From the NCBI GenBank assembly GCA_045644545.1, contig JAZRHC010000029.1:13868-77867 (forward strand): a DNA stretch of 64,000 bases, in the 5' to 3' direction. The position numbers and the translations under genes were made by a program. Below the pieces are notes generated by a model. That model saw nothing but the letters and a program-made list of their open reading frames with translations, made no database searches and had not been told where the DNA came from. This DNA is from Candidatus Scatosoma sp. Its GTDB lineage: Bacteria > Bacillota > Clostridia > Christensenellales > Borkfalkiaceae. Below are positions 54,880-64,000 of this stretch, one piece after another. How positions within the stretch are numbered: the stretch's first letter is position 1; every line of letters begins with the position of its first letter.

Positions 54880-55842
54880 ATGAACAAACAACTCCCCCCC
54901 GAAACTCCCGTCTATTTGTTTTTAGGTTTTTTGGAATCGGGTAAAACCAAATTTATTCAAGAAACCTTGGAAGATCCCCGTTTCAGCTCAGGTGAAAAAA
55001 CTCTCCTTCTCGTCACCGAGGAAGGGGAGGAGGAATACGAAACCTATAAATTCGCCGACGCGGAAAACGTTACGCTCGCCGTAATCGAGGATAAATCCGA
55101 TTTAAACGAGGCGTATTTAACGAAGTTGCAGCTGGAAAACGGTTGTGATCGCGTCGTGGTGGAATATAACGGAACTTGGCTTTTGGAGGATTTTTTCGCG
55201 GCGATGCCCGAGGGCTGGATGATCAATCAGGTAATGACCTTTTTCGATTCCAACACTTTTTTAAGCTACAACGCGAATATGCGCCAGCTCACCTTCGATA
55301 AAATGCAGAATACCCAACTCGTGGTGTTCAATCGCTTCGATTCTACTTTCGATAAAACGGCGTTTCATAAGATCGTGCGCGGCGTAACGAGAAGAAGCGA
55401 TATCGTCTACGAATACGCAAACGGCAAAGCGGAGTTCGACGATATCGAAGACCCGTTGCCTTTCGATATCAACGCGCCCGTGATCGAGATTGAGGACAGA
55501 GATTACGCCTTTTTCTATCGCGATTTAACCGAAGAGCTCGAAAAATATATCGGCAAAACGGTAAAATTCAAAGGCTTGGTGGCGACCGACAAACGCCTGC
55601 CCGAAGGGAATATCGTGGTAGGGCGGCACGTGATGACTTGTTGCGAAGCGGATATCGAATACAGCGGCGTGGCTTGCGTTTTGCCGCAGGCGATGGATTT
55701 AAAAACGCGCGACTGGATCGAGCTGACCGCGACGATCGAATTCAAAAAACATTACGTATATAAAGGAAAAGGACCTGTGCTTATGGCGCGAGAAGTCAAA
55801 AAATGCGAAGCGCCCGAAGAACAGCTCGCGACCTTTTATTAA
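54880..55842 (+). CDS. G3E-like P-loop domain fused to a C-terminal CC-motif domain (DUF1980/TIGR03943-like?)
   Basis: The N-terminus PVYLFLGFLESGKTKFI is followed by LLLVTEEGEEEY (in place of NEFGE), VVVEYNGTW and VVFNRFD, with no CxCC motif. The C-terminal GRHVMTCCEADIEYSG resembles the R..m.CCaaD motif as I recall it. Confidence 0.55.
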   Translation: MNKQLPPETPVYLFLGFLESGKTKFIQETLEDPRFSSGEKTLLLVTEEGEEEYETYKFADAENVTLAVIEDKSDLNEAYLTKLQLENGCDRVVVEYNGTWLLEDFFAAMPEGWMINQVMTFFDSNTFLSYNANMRQLTFDKMQNTQLVVFNRFDSTFDKTAFHKIVRGVTRRSDIVYEYANGKAEFDDIEDPLPFDINAPVIEIEDRDYAFFYRDLTEELEKYIGKTVKFKGLVATDKRLPEGNIVVGRHVMTCCEADIEYSGVACVLPQAMDLKTRDWIELTATIEFKKHYVYKGKGPVLMAREVKKCEAPEEQLATFY

Positions 55843-55846
55843 ACGA

Positions 55847-55890
55847 AAAAACGAACCTGAGCGATTTGCAAAGGTTCGTTTTCTTTTATT
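55847..55890. terminator. Hairpin terminator between convergent genes
   Basis: The stem aaaacgaacct / aggttcgtttt is followed by cttttatttt. Confidence 0.65.
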
Positions 55891-55898
55891 TTAAAGGA

Positions 55899-57014
55899 TT
55901 ATTTCGAGCTTTTGGAAACGTTAAAGTAGTATTCCACGACGTCGCCGTCCTGCATAATATATTCCTTGCCTTCCGAGCGGACTTTTCCCTTTTCTTTTGC
56001 AGCGGCGATAGAGCCGAGCTGAACGAGAATTTCCCAGTTTACGACGTCTGCGCGGATAAATCCTTTTTCGAAATCGGTGTGAATCTTGCCTGCCGCTTGC
56101 GGCGCTTTCGTGCCGTTTATGATCGTCCAAGCGCGCGTTTCCTTTTCGCCCGCCGTAAGATAGGAAATAAGCCCCAAAAGCGCGTAAGATTTTTTAATGA
56201 GTCTGTCTAAGCCGCTTTCGCCCAGCCCGAATTCTTCCATAAATACAGCCTTATCCTCGGGCTCCATTTGCGAAAGCTCTTCTTCGGTTTTTGCGCAGAT
56301 CACGAGCACTTCGCTTCCTTCCTGCGCCGCCCAGTCCTTCACTTTATTGACGAATTCAAGATCGTTTTCGTCCTTTCCCATATCGTCTTCTTTGATATTA
56401 GCCGCGTAGATCACGGGCTTAACCGTCAAAAGGAAGCAATTTTTGATAAATTCTTCTTCGCCGTCCGAAAGGGGGAAATTGCGCGCGGGCTTTTCCGATT
56501 CCAAATGCGCGTGTAGTCTTTCTAAAAACGCGTATTCCTCCGCGGCTTTTTTATCCGCGCCGCCACGCGCTTGAACCTTAACTTTATTCATACGGTTTTG
56601 CACGGCTTCCATATCCGAAAGGATAAGTTCGAGGTTGATCGTTTCAATGTCCGTCACGGGATCGATACGGTTATCCACGTGCGTGATATTCGTATCCTCA
56701 AAACAACGCACGACGTGCACGATCGCGTCCACCTCGCGGATATGAGAAAGGAATTTATTCCCCAAGCCTTCGCCGCGCGACGCGCCTTTTACGAGCCCCG
56801 CGATATCGACGAATTCGATCACGGCGGGCGTGATCTTTTTGCTCGAATAAAGGGCGGCGAGCTTATCTAAGCGTTCGTCGGGAACGGCAACCACGCCTAC
56901 GTTGGGTTCTATGGTGCAGAACGGATAGTTCGCGCATTCCGCGCCTGCGTGAGTGATAGCGTTAAAAAGGGTGGACTTTCCTACGTTGGGAAGCCCTACG
57001 ACACCGAGTTTCAT
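55899..57014 (-). CDS. ychF: Ribosome-binding ATPase YchF
   Basis: [19 protein letters not shown] with a TGS-like C-terminus. The start is probably ATG at 57014. The ORF-track start at 57059 adds 15 aa without an RBS. Confidence 0.9.
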   Translation of the reverse strand: MKLGVVGLPNVGKSTLFNAITHAGAECANYPFCTIEPNVGVVAVPDERLDKLAALYSSKKITPAVIEFVDIAGLVKGASRGEGLGNKFLSHIREVDAIVHVVRCFEDTNITHVDNRIDPVTDIETINLELILSDMEAVQNRMNKVKVQARGGADKKAAEEYAFLERLHAHLESEKPARNFPLSDGEEEFIKNCFLLTVKPVIYAANIKEDDMGKDENDLEFVNKVKDWAAQEGSEVLVICAKTEEELSQMEPEDKAVFMEEFGLGESGLDRLIKKSYALLGLISYLTAGEKETRAWTIINGTKAPQAAGKIHTDFEKGFIRADVVNWEILVQLGSIAAAKEKGKVRSEGKEYIMQDGDVVEYYFNVSKSSK

Positions 57015-57171
57015 AAGGTTTTTATCTTCCTTGTAAAGTTTTTTGCTGATTTTTCCCATATATTATAATATAAAATCAAAAAATAATCAAATTAAACTTG
57101 CCTAAAATCGAAAAATATGTTATTATATTTTCGAAAAAAATCAAACGAAAGGAATTTCAAAGGTAAACGGA

Positions 57172-58857
57172 ATGGATTATAAGAAATACGTCGCGGAAAA
57201 AATAACGATCGAAGGAGTCGGCACAGAGGAGATCGCGGAGCTGATCGCGCTCCCGCCCAACACGGAAATGGGGGATTACGCCCTTCCCTGCTTTAAATTT
57301 GCAAAGCTTCTTCGCAAAAGCCCCGTAACGATCGCGGAGGACATTAAAAACGCGTTCGTCACCGACGAGGTGATCGGGGAAGTTTCCGCCGTAAACGGCT
57401 ACGTAAACTTTAAGATCAATAAAAGCGATTTCGTCGCATCCACGCTCAAACGCATTTTGTCGGAAAAGGGAGCGTACGGCTCGTCGCGCGAGGGCGAAGG
57501 GAAAACGATTTGTATCGACTATTCGTCTATCAATATCGCGAAGCCCTTTCATATCGGGCATTTATCCACGACGGTGCTCGGCGGCGCGCTGTACCGCATT
57601 TTGAGCTTTTTAGGCTATAAAACGGTGGGTATCAACCATTTGGGCGACTACGGTACGCAATTTGGAAAACTTATATCCGCCTATAAGCGTTGGGGGGTAA
57701 AGGACGAGATCGAAAAGGGTGGTATCCGCGCTTTAAACGAGCTTTACGTGCGTTTCCACCAAGAAGCGGAGGAACACCCCGAATACGACGACGAAGCCCG
57801 CGCGTATTTCAAAAAGATCGAGCAGGGCGACGAGGAATGTCAGGCTCTTTTCAAATGGTTTAAGGAATTGACGTTAAAAGACGTGCAAAAGATCTACGAC
57901 CTTTTGGATATCCGTTTCGATTCCTACGCGGGCGAAAGCTTTTTCTCGGATAAAATGCAACCCATCGTGGACGAGCTGAAAGAAAAAGGCTTGCTTCAAG
58001 AAAGCCGCGGCGCGCAGGTCGTAGACCTCGAAGAATACTCAATGACGCCTTGTATGATTTTAAAATCGGACGGCTCGTCGCTGTACGCAACCCGCGATAT
58101 GGCGGCTGCGACCTATCGTAAAAAAGAATACGATTTTTATAAATGCCTCTACGTAGTGGCGTATCAACAAAATCTGCATTTCAAGCAGTTCTTTAAAGTG
58201 CTTGAACTGATGGGTAAGGACTGGGCGAAAGACCTCGTTCACGTGGCGTACGGTATGGTTTCTTTGGAAGAAGGCACGATGTCCACGAGAAAGGGCAACG
58301 TCGTGTTTTTGGAAGACGTGATCAATAAGTGTATCGAAAAGGCTTATACGATTATCGACGAAAAGAATCCCGATTTGGAAAACAAAGAGGACGTCGCGAA
58401 AAAAGTCGGCGTCGGCGCGGTCATTTTCGGCGCGCTGTATAATAGCAAGATCAAGGATATCGTATTCTCGTATGATAAAGTGCTCACCTTTGACGGGGAA
58501 ACGAGCGTATACGTGCAGTATACCTGCGCGCGCGCAAATTCCGTTTTAATGAAGGGCGGCGCGCCCGAAACCTTCGAAATTCCCGAATTGACGGCTTCGG
58601 AGATCGAGCTTACCAAAGCGCTTGCTTGCTTCCCCGAAACGGTAAAAGACGCGGCGGAAAAATACGAGCCTTCGTATATCGCTCGTTTTGCCGTGGACGT
58701 AGCGCAAAAGTTCAATAAATTCTATATCGATTGCAAAATTCTTTCCGTCGAGGACGAAAAGACGAAAAACTTCCGTCTTGCGCTCACGAACGCGACTTGT
58801 CAGACCCTTAAAAACGCGTTTGGACTGCTCGGAATCGGAATTCCCGAAAAAATGTAA
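57172..58857 (+). CDS. argS: Arginine--tRNA ligase
   Basis: The HIGH region is SSINIAKPFHIGHL. The domain order is N-terminal Arg-tRNA-binding domain, catalytic core, then DALR anticodon-binding tail. Length is 561 aa. Confidence 0.9.
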   Translation: MDYKKYVAEKITIEGVGTEEIAELIALPPNTEMGDYALPCFKFAKLLRKSPVTIAEDIKNAFVTDEVIGEVSAVNGYVNFKINKSDFVASTLKRILSEKGAYGSSREGEGKTICIDYSSINIAKPFHIGHLSTTVLGGALYRILSFLGYKTVGINHLGDYGTQFGKLISAYKRWGVKDEIEKGGIRALNELYVRFHQEAEEHPEYDDEARAYFKKIEQGDEECQALFKWFKELTLKDVQKIYDLLDIRFDSYAGESFFSDKMQPIVDELKEKGLLQESRGAQVVDLEEYSMTPCMILKSDGSSLYATRDMAAATYRKKEYDFYKCLYVVAYQQNLHFKQFFKVLELMGKDWAKDLVHVAYGMVSLEEGTMSTRKGNVVFLEDVINKCIEKAYTIIDEKNPDLENKEDVAKKVGVGAVIFGALYNSKIKDIVFSYDKVLTFDGETSVYVQYTCARANSVLMKGGAPETFEIPELTASEIELTKALACFPETVKDAAEKYEPSYIARFAVDVAQKFNKFYIDCKILSVEDEKTKNFRLALTNATCQTLKNAFGLLGIGIPEKM

Positions 58858-58864
58858 AATTTTT

Positions 58865-58897
58865 CCGCTCCTACCTCAAAAGGGGCGGGTTTTTTTG
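58865..58897 (+). terminator. Intrinsic terminator
   Basis: The stem ccgctcc...ggggcgg is followed by ttttttt. Confidence 0.6.
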
Positions 58898-58986
58898 CAA
58901 AAAAATATTTTGGGAAATTTTTCTTCAAACAGTTTCTTTTTTTCTCCGAATATGTTATTATAAAAGATATATTGAGGAGAACGGCT

Positions 58987-61398
58987 ATGGAAGGCAAAAT
59001 GAGTTTTAGCGACCTTTTAAAGCTCGTCGACCCGAAAAAGGCGGGAGATAAAGAATGGTTTCTCTCCCTTCTCGACGATGAAAAACAAAAAGAATACGAG
59101 GATGAACGAATACGGGCGGTAATGCAAATGCTGCGTATTTTGCGTATTCGTCCGATAAAAAATAAGATCAAAGCCACGGAAGCCGAGATTGCCCGAATCG
59201 AATCGGGCGAGCGTTCGGCAGAAGATTATCGCGCGGTGAAAAATTTGCTTGCGGAAATCCAAGCGTATAAAGAAAAAATGAACGCGTTTAAGCCCTTTTT
59301 CGACGAGCCGTATTTCGCGCGAATGGACCTCGTCGATCAAATAGAAGGTTATAACAGCTATTATATCGGCAAAAAAGGGGACGTGAAGCTGGAAATCGTG
59401 GACTGGCGCGCGCCGATTTCAAGGCGGTATTATCAAAAAAGCTGCGCTAATTTTAAAATCAACGAATACGAATACAAAACGATCTTGCGCCGTGCGATCC
59501 GCGCGGAAAGCGGAAAGGTTTTGGATTTTAAAAACGAATACCTTTCGTTGAAAGATTATCTTTCCGAAGAAGAGATCGGGGGAAAAGATCAGGAAAATAT
59601 CCTCGATCCCTTTCTTCGCGAAATCATTAAAGACCGCAAAGAAGAATCCGCCGTCAAGGATATTATCCGAACGATACAGGAAAAGCAATACGAAATTATA
59701 ATGCTACCCGAAAACGCAAATTTCGTTTTGCAAGGCTGTGCGGGAAGCGGCAAAACGATGGTGATGCTGCATCGGCTCAGTTATTTGATGTATAATAACG
59801 AGGAAATCAAGCCTCGCGACGTGCTCGTGATCACGCCGAGCGATTCGTTTAACGCGTTTATCGACGAGCTTTCCGCGATTTTGGAGCTGGAAAGGGTAAA
59901 AACCTCTACGGCGTACGATTATTTTCTGCGAGTCCTTCAAAACGAAAAGATTGACTTGACCGATAAGATCGACCCTGCGCAAAAAGAGGACGAGCGGTAT
60001 TTGCACTACGTTTATTCGGAAAAATTCGTCGAAGATATCCGAAGGTTTCTCGATAGAACGTACGATAGCTTATACGGGCTTTTCACGGGCGAGGAGTGCA
60101 GAGATTTTATCGCGCGCATTATAGAGGATTGCAAACGGCAGATTCTTGCCTACGAAGGGATTAAAAACGCCTCTATGCGCGTGCGCCGCGCCGTTTTGGG
60201 GGAGATCAAGGAACGCAAAGAAGGGGGCTTATATTATACGAAGCCTTTCCGAGAGCTTATGAACGGTATTCTCGATATCGACGACTTTTTCGACGGCACG
60301 CTTAAAAGCGAAAACGCGAAAATTCCCGATTATTTTTATCGTCAGCTTCTTTCCTTTTATAAAAGCGCAAGCTTCGTCGCACGGTATACGGAGCGTATCG
60401 TGAAAGAATCGTTGGATTGCTTGGATTCCCTTTTCGTTGAGGTGGAAAAAGAGCTTTCCGATTTGAAACGCTTTCACCGCAAAATCGGAGAAACGGAAGT
60501 GTATATGTACGCCGACAGGATCGCCCGCCGAACGGAGCTTTTAGAAGAGATTAAACGCGTCAGGGAAAAAACGGCTTCGATCGGGGAAAGCAACACGGCG
60601 TTTTTCGAATTTTACGGCTATTTGCGTGGAGAAAAGAATTTTTCCGCGATCGGCGGAGGCGAAAATTTCGTCGATATCATTCGCTATTTTTATAAGCAAA
60701 CGGTCAAGAAATACAAGCTGAAATACGGAATGAACGGAAAAAAAATGTACCGTTCCGACGCCTACGCGCTCACCCTTTTATGCGCGCTGACGGGTAGACG
60801 GCTTGCGCCGACCTATTCGCACCTTTTTATCGACGAAGGGCAGGATATTTCGCCGAGCGAATACGCGCTGTTGCGCGCGATCAACAAAAAGGGGGCGTTC
60901 AACGTGTTCGGGGATACCGAGCAAAATATCACCTCTTTTCGCGGCGTAAAGGATTGGAATAAATGTTTTCCCGATTTTTCGGCGTATACGCTCAATCAAA
61001 ACTATCGCAACACCAACCAGATCGTGGAATTCGTTTCGGATACGCTAAGCGTGGATATGTTCCCGATCGGCTTCGACGGCGAAGAGGTAAAAAGGATCTC
61101 CCCGCGCGAGCTCAACGCCTTTTTCAAAGAGAAAAAGGGATTAAAAGCGATTATTTGCTCGGAGTTCGTGAAGGAGCAATATAAACGCAAGGCGTATAAC
61201 GATCTTGCCGAAAAAAAGCGGGTTTCCGCGAAAAAGATCAATTTAATGACCGTGTACGAAAGCAAAGGCTTGGAATTTACCTCCGTGGCGGTCGTACCCG
61301 ACGGAATGACCCCGAACGAGAAGTATATCGCCTATACGCGCGCGCTTAAAGAGCTTGCGGTCGTAGAGCCGAAACCCAAACGGACGGATAAAAAGTAG
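58987..61398 (+). CDS. helD: UvrD-like superfamily 1 helicase, HelD (helicase IV / RNAP recycling ATPase) type
   Basis: HelD-like N-terminal motifs are FDEPYFARMDLV...YYIGKKG...IVDWRAPISRRYY. SF1 motifs are LQGCAGSGKTMVMLHRL, LFIDEGQDISPSEY, NYRNTNQI, VYESKGLEFTSVAVV and YIAYTRALKEL. Confidence 0.75.
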   Translation: MEGKMSFSDLLKLVDPKKAGDKEWFLSLLDDEKQKEYEDERIRAVMQMLRILRIRPIKNKIKATEAEIARIESGERSAEDYRAVKNLLAEIQAYKEKMNAFKPFFDEPYFARMDLVDQIEGYNSYYIGKKGDVKLEIVDWRAPISRRYYQKSCANFKINEYEYKTILRRAIRAESGKVLDFKNEYLSLKDYLSEEEIGGKDQENILDPFLREIIKDRKEESAVKDIIRTIQEKQYEIIMLPENANFVLQGCAGSGKTMVMLHRLSYLMYNNEEIKPRDVLVITPSDSFNAFIDELSAILELERVKTSTAYDYFLRVLQNEKIDLTDKIDPAQKEDERYLHYVYSEKFVEDIRRFLDRTYDSLYGLFTGEECRDFIARIIEDCKRQILAYEGIKNASMRVRRAVLGEIKERKEGGLYYTKPFRELMNGILDIDDFFDGTLKSENAKIPDYFYRQLLSFYKSASFVARYTERIVKESLDCLDSLFVEVEKELSDLKRFHRKIGETEVYMYADRIARRTELLEEIKRVREKTASIGESNTAFFEFYGYLRGEKNFSAIGGGENFVDIIRYFYKQTVKKYKLKYGMNGKKMYRSDAYALTLLCALTGRRLAPTYSHLFIDEGQDISPSEYALLRAINKKGAFNVFGDTEQNITSFRGVKDWNKCFPDFSAYTLNQNYRNTNQIVEFVSDTLSVDMFPIGFDGEEVKRISPRELNAFFKEKKGLKAIICSEFVKEQYKRKAYNDLAEKKRVSAKKINLMTVYESKGLEFTSVAVVPDGMTPNEKYIAYTRALKELAVVEPKPKRTDKK

Positions 61399-61460
61399 GC
61401 TTTTTGTGGATAACTTACAAGAAAAATTCCTTTTTTTGTAAAAAAGCTTTCGTCAAATAT

Positions 61461-61489
61461 TTGAAAAAAAAGTAAAAAAGTGCTATAAT
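61461..61489 (+). promoter_or_regulatory. SigmaA-type promoter of the topoisomerase operon (extended -10)
   Basis: TTGAAA, a 17-nt spacer ending in TGc, then TATAAT. Confidence 0.5.
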
Positions 61490-61541
61490 AAAATATAATG
61501 GGCGTTATTTTAACGCGTAATATAAAAAATCAGAGGAAAAA

Positions 61542-63728
61542 ATGGCAACGGAAAACAAAAAAAACACCCCCGCCGCTACTTACAGCGCAAAAAATCTCGA
61601 AGTTCTCGAAGGGCTTGACGCCGTCCGTATGCGCCCCGGTATGTATATCGGCTCGACGGGCGTAAAAGGCTTGCATCACATACTTTGGGAGATCGTAGAC
61701 AACGCCGTGGACGAAGCGGCGAACGGTTTCGCAACGAAGATCACGGTAACCCTTTATAAAGACGGAAGCGCTTCCGTGGAGGATAACGGGCGAGGAATCC
61801 CTACCGATATACACCCGAAGGAAAAGAAATCGGGCGTCGAGCTCGTGTTCACGAAATTGCACGCAGGCGGAAAATTCGGGCAGGGAAACTACGAATATTC
61901 GGGCGGTCTGCACGGGGTCGGCGCGTCGGTCACCAACGCGCTTTCCGAATGGCTGACGGTAGAGGTGTATAGAAAGCACGTCTATAAAATGAGTTTTCAT
62001 TCCGTTTATAATAAAAACAAAAAGAAATTCGATTCGGGAAAGCCCGACGGACCGCTCGTGGATACGGGCGTAAGCACCCGCAGAACGGGCTCGTTGATTC
62101 GTTTTAAACCCGATCCGAACGTGTTTTCGGAAGTGGATTTTGATTTGGAAACGGTGGAAGAGCGTTTGAACGAGATCGCGTATTTGAATCGCGGAATCGA
62201 AATTACCTTGATCGACGAACGCCTTTCGATGGCGGAAGCCAAGCGCCGCCGTACTCTTTTCGACGGCGAAACGAGCGCGGAAGAAGGAGAAAACGCGGAA
62301 AACGGGGAAGAAATCGAGGGCGTTGAAGAGATCGAAGAAGTTGAGGAAACTTTTTCCGCGCCGCAACAGAGCTTGTTTGCCGAAGTGGACGAGCTTGCGC
62401 TCGAAAGCGAGCCGTATAGAGTCGCGTTCAAATACGACGGCGGTATTTCCGATTTCGTGAAAAACTTAAACGAAGGCAAGAAAAAGCTGTATTCTAACCC
62501 CATTTATTATAAAGTGGTGAAAAACGATATCCTCGTTGAGTTTGCCATTCAGCATACGGGGGATTATACCGAAAGCATTTTCTCGTTCGTCAACAATATT
62601 CCCACGCCCGAGGGCGGCTATCACGAAATCGGTTTTAAATCGGGCTTAGCGAGGGCGCTCAACGACCACGCGCGAAGCAACGGACTTTTAAAGGACAAAG
62701 AGCCGAATTTTCAAGGCGACGACTTCCGCGAAGGATTGACGGCGGTGCTTTCGATAAAAATGAAGGAAGTGCAGTTTGAAGGGCAAACGAAAACCAAGCT
62801 CGGCAACACGGAAGCCCGCCCTGCGGTGGAATCGGCTGTGATCGAAGGCTTTAACGCGCTTTCGAATATCCGCGGCTATAAAAAGATGATCGAGGAGATC
62901 GTCAAAAAAGCGCAAGGCGCGGCAAAGGTTCGTATGGCGGCGAAGCAGGCGAAGGAAAACGCCCGCGCCAAAAACAGTATCGAGGGCTTAACGCTGATCG
63001 GCAAGCTCGCGGCTTGTTCGGGCAGAAAGCCTGAATTCAACGAAATGTTTATCGTGGAAGGGGATTCGGCTGGCGGCACGGCGAAACAAGCGAGAATTCG
63101 TCAATTTCAGTCCATTTTGCCCCTGCGCGGAAAACCGCTCAACGTCGAGAAAAAGCGTTTGAATCAAATCCTTGAAAACGAAGAAATCCGAACGATGATC
63201 AGCGCGATCGGCGCGGGAATCGACCCCGATTTCAAGCTGGATAAAATCAATTATCATAAGGTTATCATTCTTTCGGACGCCGATCAGGACGGTATGCATA
63301 TCCGCTGTATTTTGCTTACCTTCTTCTTCCGTTATATGCGCCCGCTCGTCAACGCAGGGCACGTGTATATCGGTATGCCCCCTCTTTATAAAGTATATAA
63401 AGGGGATAAAGTAGAATACGCCTACGACGATAAGGAGCTTAACGAAAAGATCGAAAAGATCGGAAAAGGCTATCAGCTTCAACGCTATAAAGGTCTTGGC
63501 GAAATGAGCGCGGATCAGCTTTGGGAAACGACTATGAATCCCGCGACGAGAAACCTCATTCAAGTAACCGTCGAGGACGCGGCGAAAGCGGAACGAATGA
63601 TCACCACGCTGATGGGCGATAAGGTCGAAGGCAGAAAAGAATTTTTGGCGAAGTACGCAAACTTCAACAAAAAAGACCTGTTTATGGAAAAAATAGAGAA
63701 AAAGGAGAAGGACAATGGCGAAAAGTAA
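61542..63728 (+). CDS. Type IIA topoisomerase subunit B (GyrB/ParE family) with an acidic insertion
   Basis: Motifs [33 protein letters not shown], Toprim [12 protein letters not shown], and [12 protein letters not shown]. At 728 aa it is longer than the usual ~640 aa. Confidence 0.9.
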   Translation: MATENKKNTPAATYSAKNLEVLEGLDAVRMRPGMYIGSTGVKGLHHILWEIVDNAVDEAANGFATKITVTLYKDGSASVEDNGRGIPTDIHPKEKKSGVELVFTKLHAGGKFGQGNYEYSGGLHGVGASVTNALSEWLTVEVYRKHVYKMSFHSVYNKNKKKFDSGKPDGPLVDTGVSTRRTGSLIRFKPDPNVFSEVDFDLETVEERLNEIAYLNRGIEITLIDERLSMAEAKRRRTLFDGETSAEEGENAENGEEIEGVEEIEEVEETFSAPQQSLFAEVDELALESEPYRVAFKYDGGISDFVKNLNEGKKKLYSNPIYYKVVKNDILVEFAIQHTGDYTESIFSFVNNIPTPEGGYHEIGFKSGLARALNDHARSNGLLKDKEPNFQGDDFREGLTAVLSIKMKEVQFEGQTKTKLGNTEARPAVESAVIEGFNALSNIRGYKKMIEEIVKKAQGAAKVRMAAKQAKENARAKNSIEGLTLIGKLAACSGRKPEFNEMFIVEGDSAGGTAKQARIRQFQSILPLRGKPLNVEKKRLNQILENEEIRTMISAIGAGIDPDFKLDKINYHKVIILSDADQDGMHIRCILLTFFFRYMRPLVNAGHVYIGMPPLYKVYKGDKVEYAYDDKELNEKIEKIGKGYQLQRYKGLGEMSADQLWETTMNPATRNLIQVTVEDAAKAERMITTLMGDKVEGRKEFLAKYANFNKKDLFMEKIEKKEKDNGEK

Positions 63729-64000
63729 AAAACAGCCCGCAACCCAAGTGGAGCAAACGGGTCAATTATACGTAGAACCGCTTGAAAAAGTTCTTCATTC
63801 CTCAATGCTCCCTTATGCGGAGTTCGTTATCCTCGACCGCGCTTTGCCCCGCGTAGAGGACGGTTTAAAGCCCGTTCAGCGCCGTATTTTATACACGATG
63901 AACGAAATGGGTTTAACCCCCGATAAGCCGCATAAAAAGAGCGCGCGTATCGTCGGGGAATGTATGGGTAAATTCCACCCTCATGGCGATAGCTCCGTTT
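63715..64000 (+). CDS. Type IIA topoisomerase subunit A (GyrA/ParC family), 5' part only, running off the window
   Basis: It encodes [11 protein letters not shown]...[70 protein letters not shown] lies upstream. It overlaps the B-subunit stop by 14 nt. Confidence 0.85.
   Translation, partial: MAKSKKQPATQVEQTGQLYVEPLEKVLHSSMLPYAEFVILDRALPRVEDGLKPVQRRILYTMNEMGLTPDKPHKKSARIVGECMGKFHPHGDSSV

Noticed and set aside
54338-54891. Alternative-frame ORFs across the His/Cys repeat (T-rich, R/S-rich and V-rich products)
   Set aside because: They are artefacts of the CAC/CAT/GAC repeat being open in several frames. Only the COG0523 frame connects the GTPase and CobW_C domains.
57060-57171. Looked for a T-box leader upstream of argS, and likewise upstream of gltX at 32179-32237
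   Set aside because: The leaders are only about 60-110 nt. They contain no T-box sequence (AANNNGGGTGGTACCGCG-like) and no terminator/antiterminator pair, only simple promoters.
61530-62366. 278-aa minus-strand ORF
   Set aside because: It is antisense to the conserved ATPase domain of the topoisomerase B subunit.
1-64000. Scanned for CRISPR arrays, transposase, integrase or recombinase genes, phage modules, toxin-antitoxin pairs, restriction-modification or other defence genes, and tRNA or rRNA genes
   Set aside because: None was recognised. Intergenic spaces are short and are explained by promoters, terminators, the SRP RNA and the L-box. Composition and codon style look uniform, so there is no sign of a horizontally acquired island.

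Overview
This 64-kb window looks like core chromosome of a spore-forming Bacillota (Clostridia-like) organism at roughly 50% GC. The taxonomic guess rests on spoIVA, a long Alu-domain SRP RNA, an L-box upstream of asd-dapA-dapB, and an ecfA-ecfT-truA module. All calls come from motif recognition by eye, with no searches run.

The window is densely packed with about 50 protein genes, mostly on the + strand and mostly housekeeping:
- Lysine and diaminopimelate synthesis: dapF, asd, dapA, dapB.
- tRNA modification: nifS-like desulfurase with thiI, miaB, miaA, mnmE, truA, and an O-methyltransferase/U32 peptidase pair.
- Mismatch repair and base excision: mutS, mutL, ung.
- Translation factors and synthetases: lepA, ychF, gltX, argS.
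- RNA and DNA enzymes: RNase J, a HelD-like helicase, and a type IIA topoisomerase B/A pair.
- Chaperone: Hsp33.

Two structured RNAs are recognisable. An SRP RNA lies on the minus strand at about 17485-17752. A lysine riboswitch with its terminator lies on the minus strand at about 37513-37752.

I found no CRISPR array, transposase, integrase, phage gene, tRNA or rRNA gene, and no obvious defence island. I cannot support a claim of a clearly novel multi-gene system here. The most unusual items are:
1. A 674-aa highly acidic protein with [VI]DYDK[IL] repeats and an unassigned basic C-terminal domain (45511-47535).
2. A two-gene G3E/COG0523-type module whose first gene carries 51-bp tandem repeats encoding CCCHEHHEHHHHDHDEE (53767-55842).
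3. A single-ORF fusion of the two ECF ATPases.
4. A consensus promoter positioned to give a leaderless mRNA for a short PPTase-like gene.
5. A roughly 60-aa acidic insertion in the topoisomerase B subunit.

Several ORF-track starts were moved downstream where a promoter or RBS argues for it.
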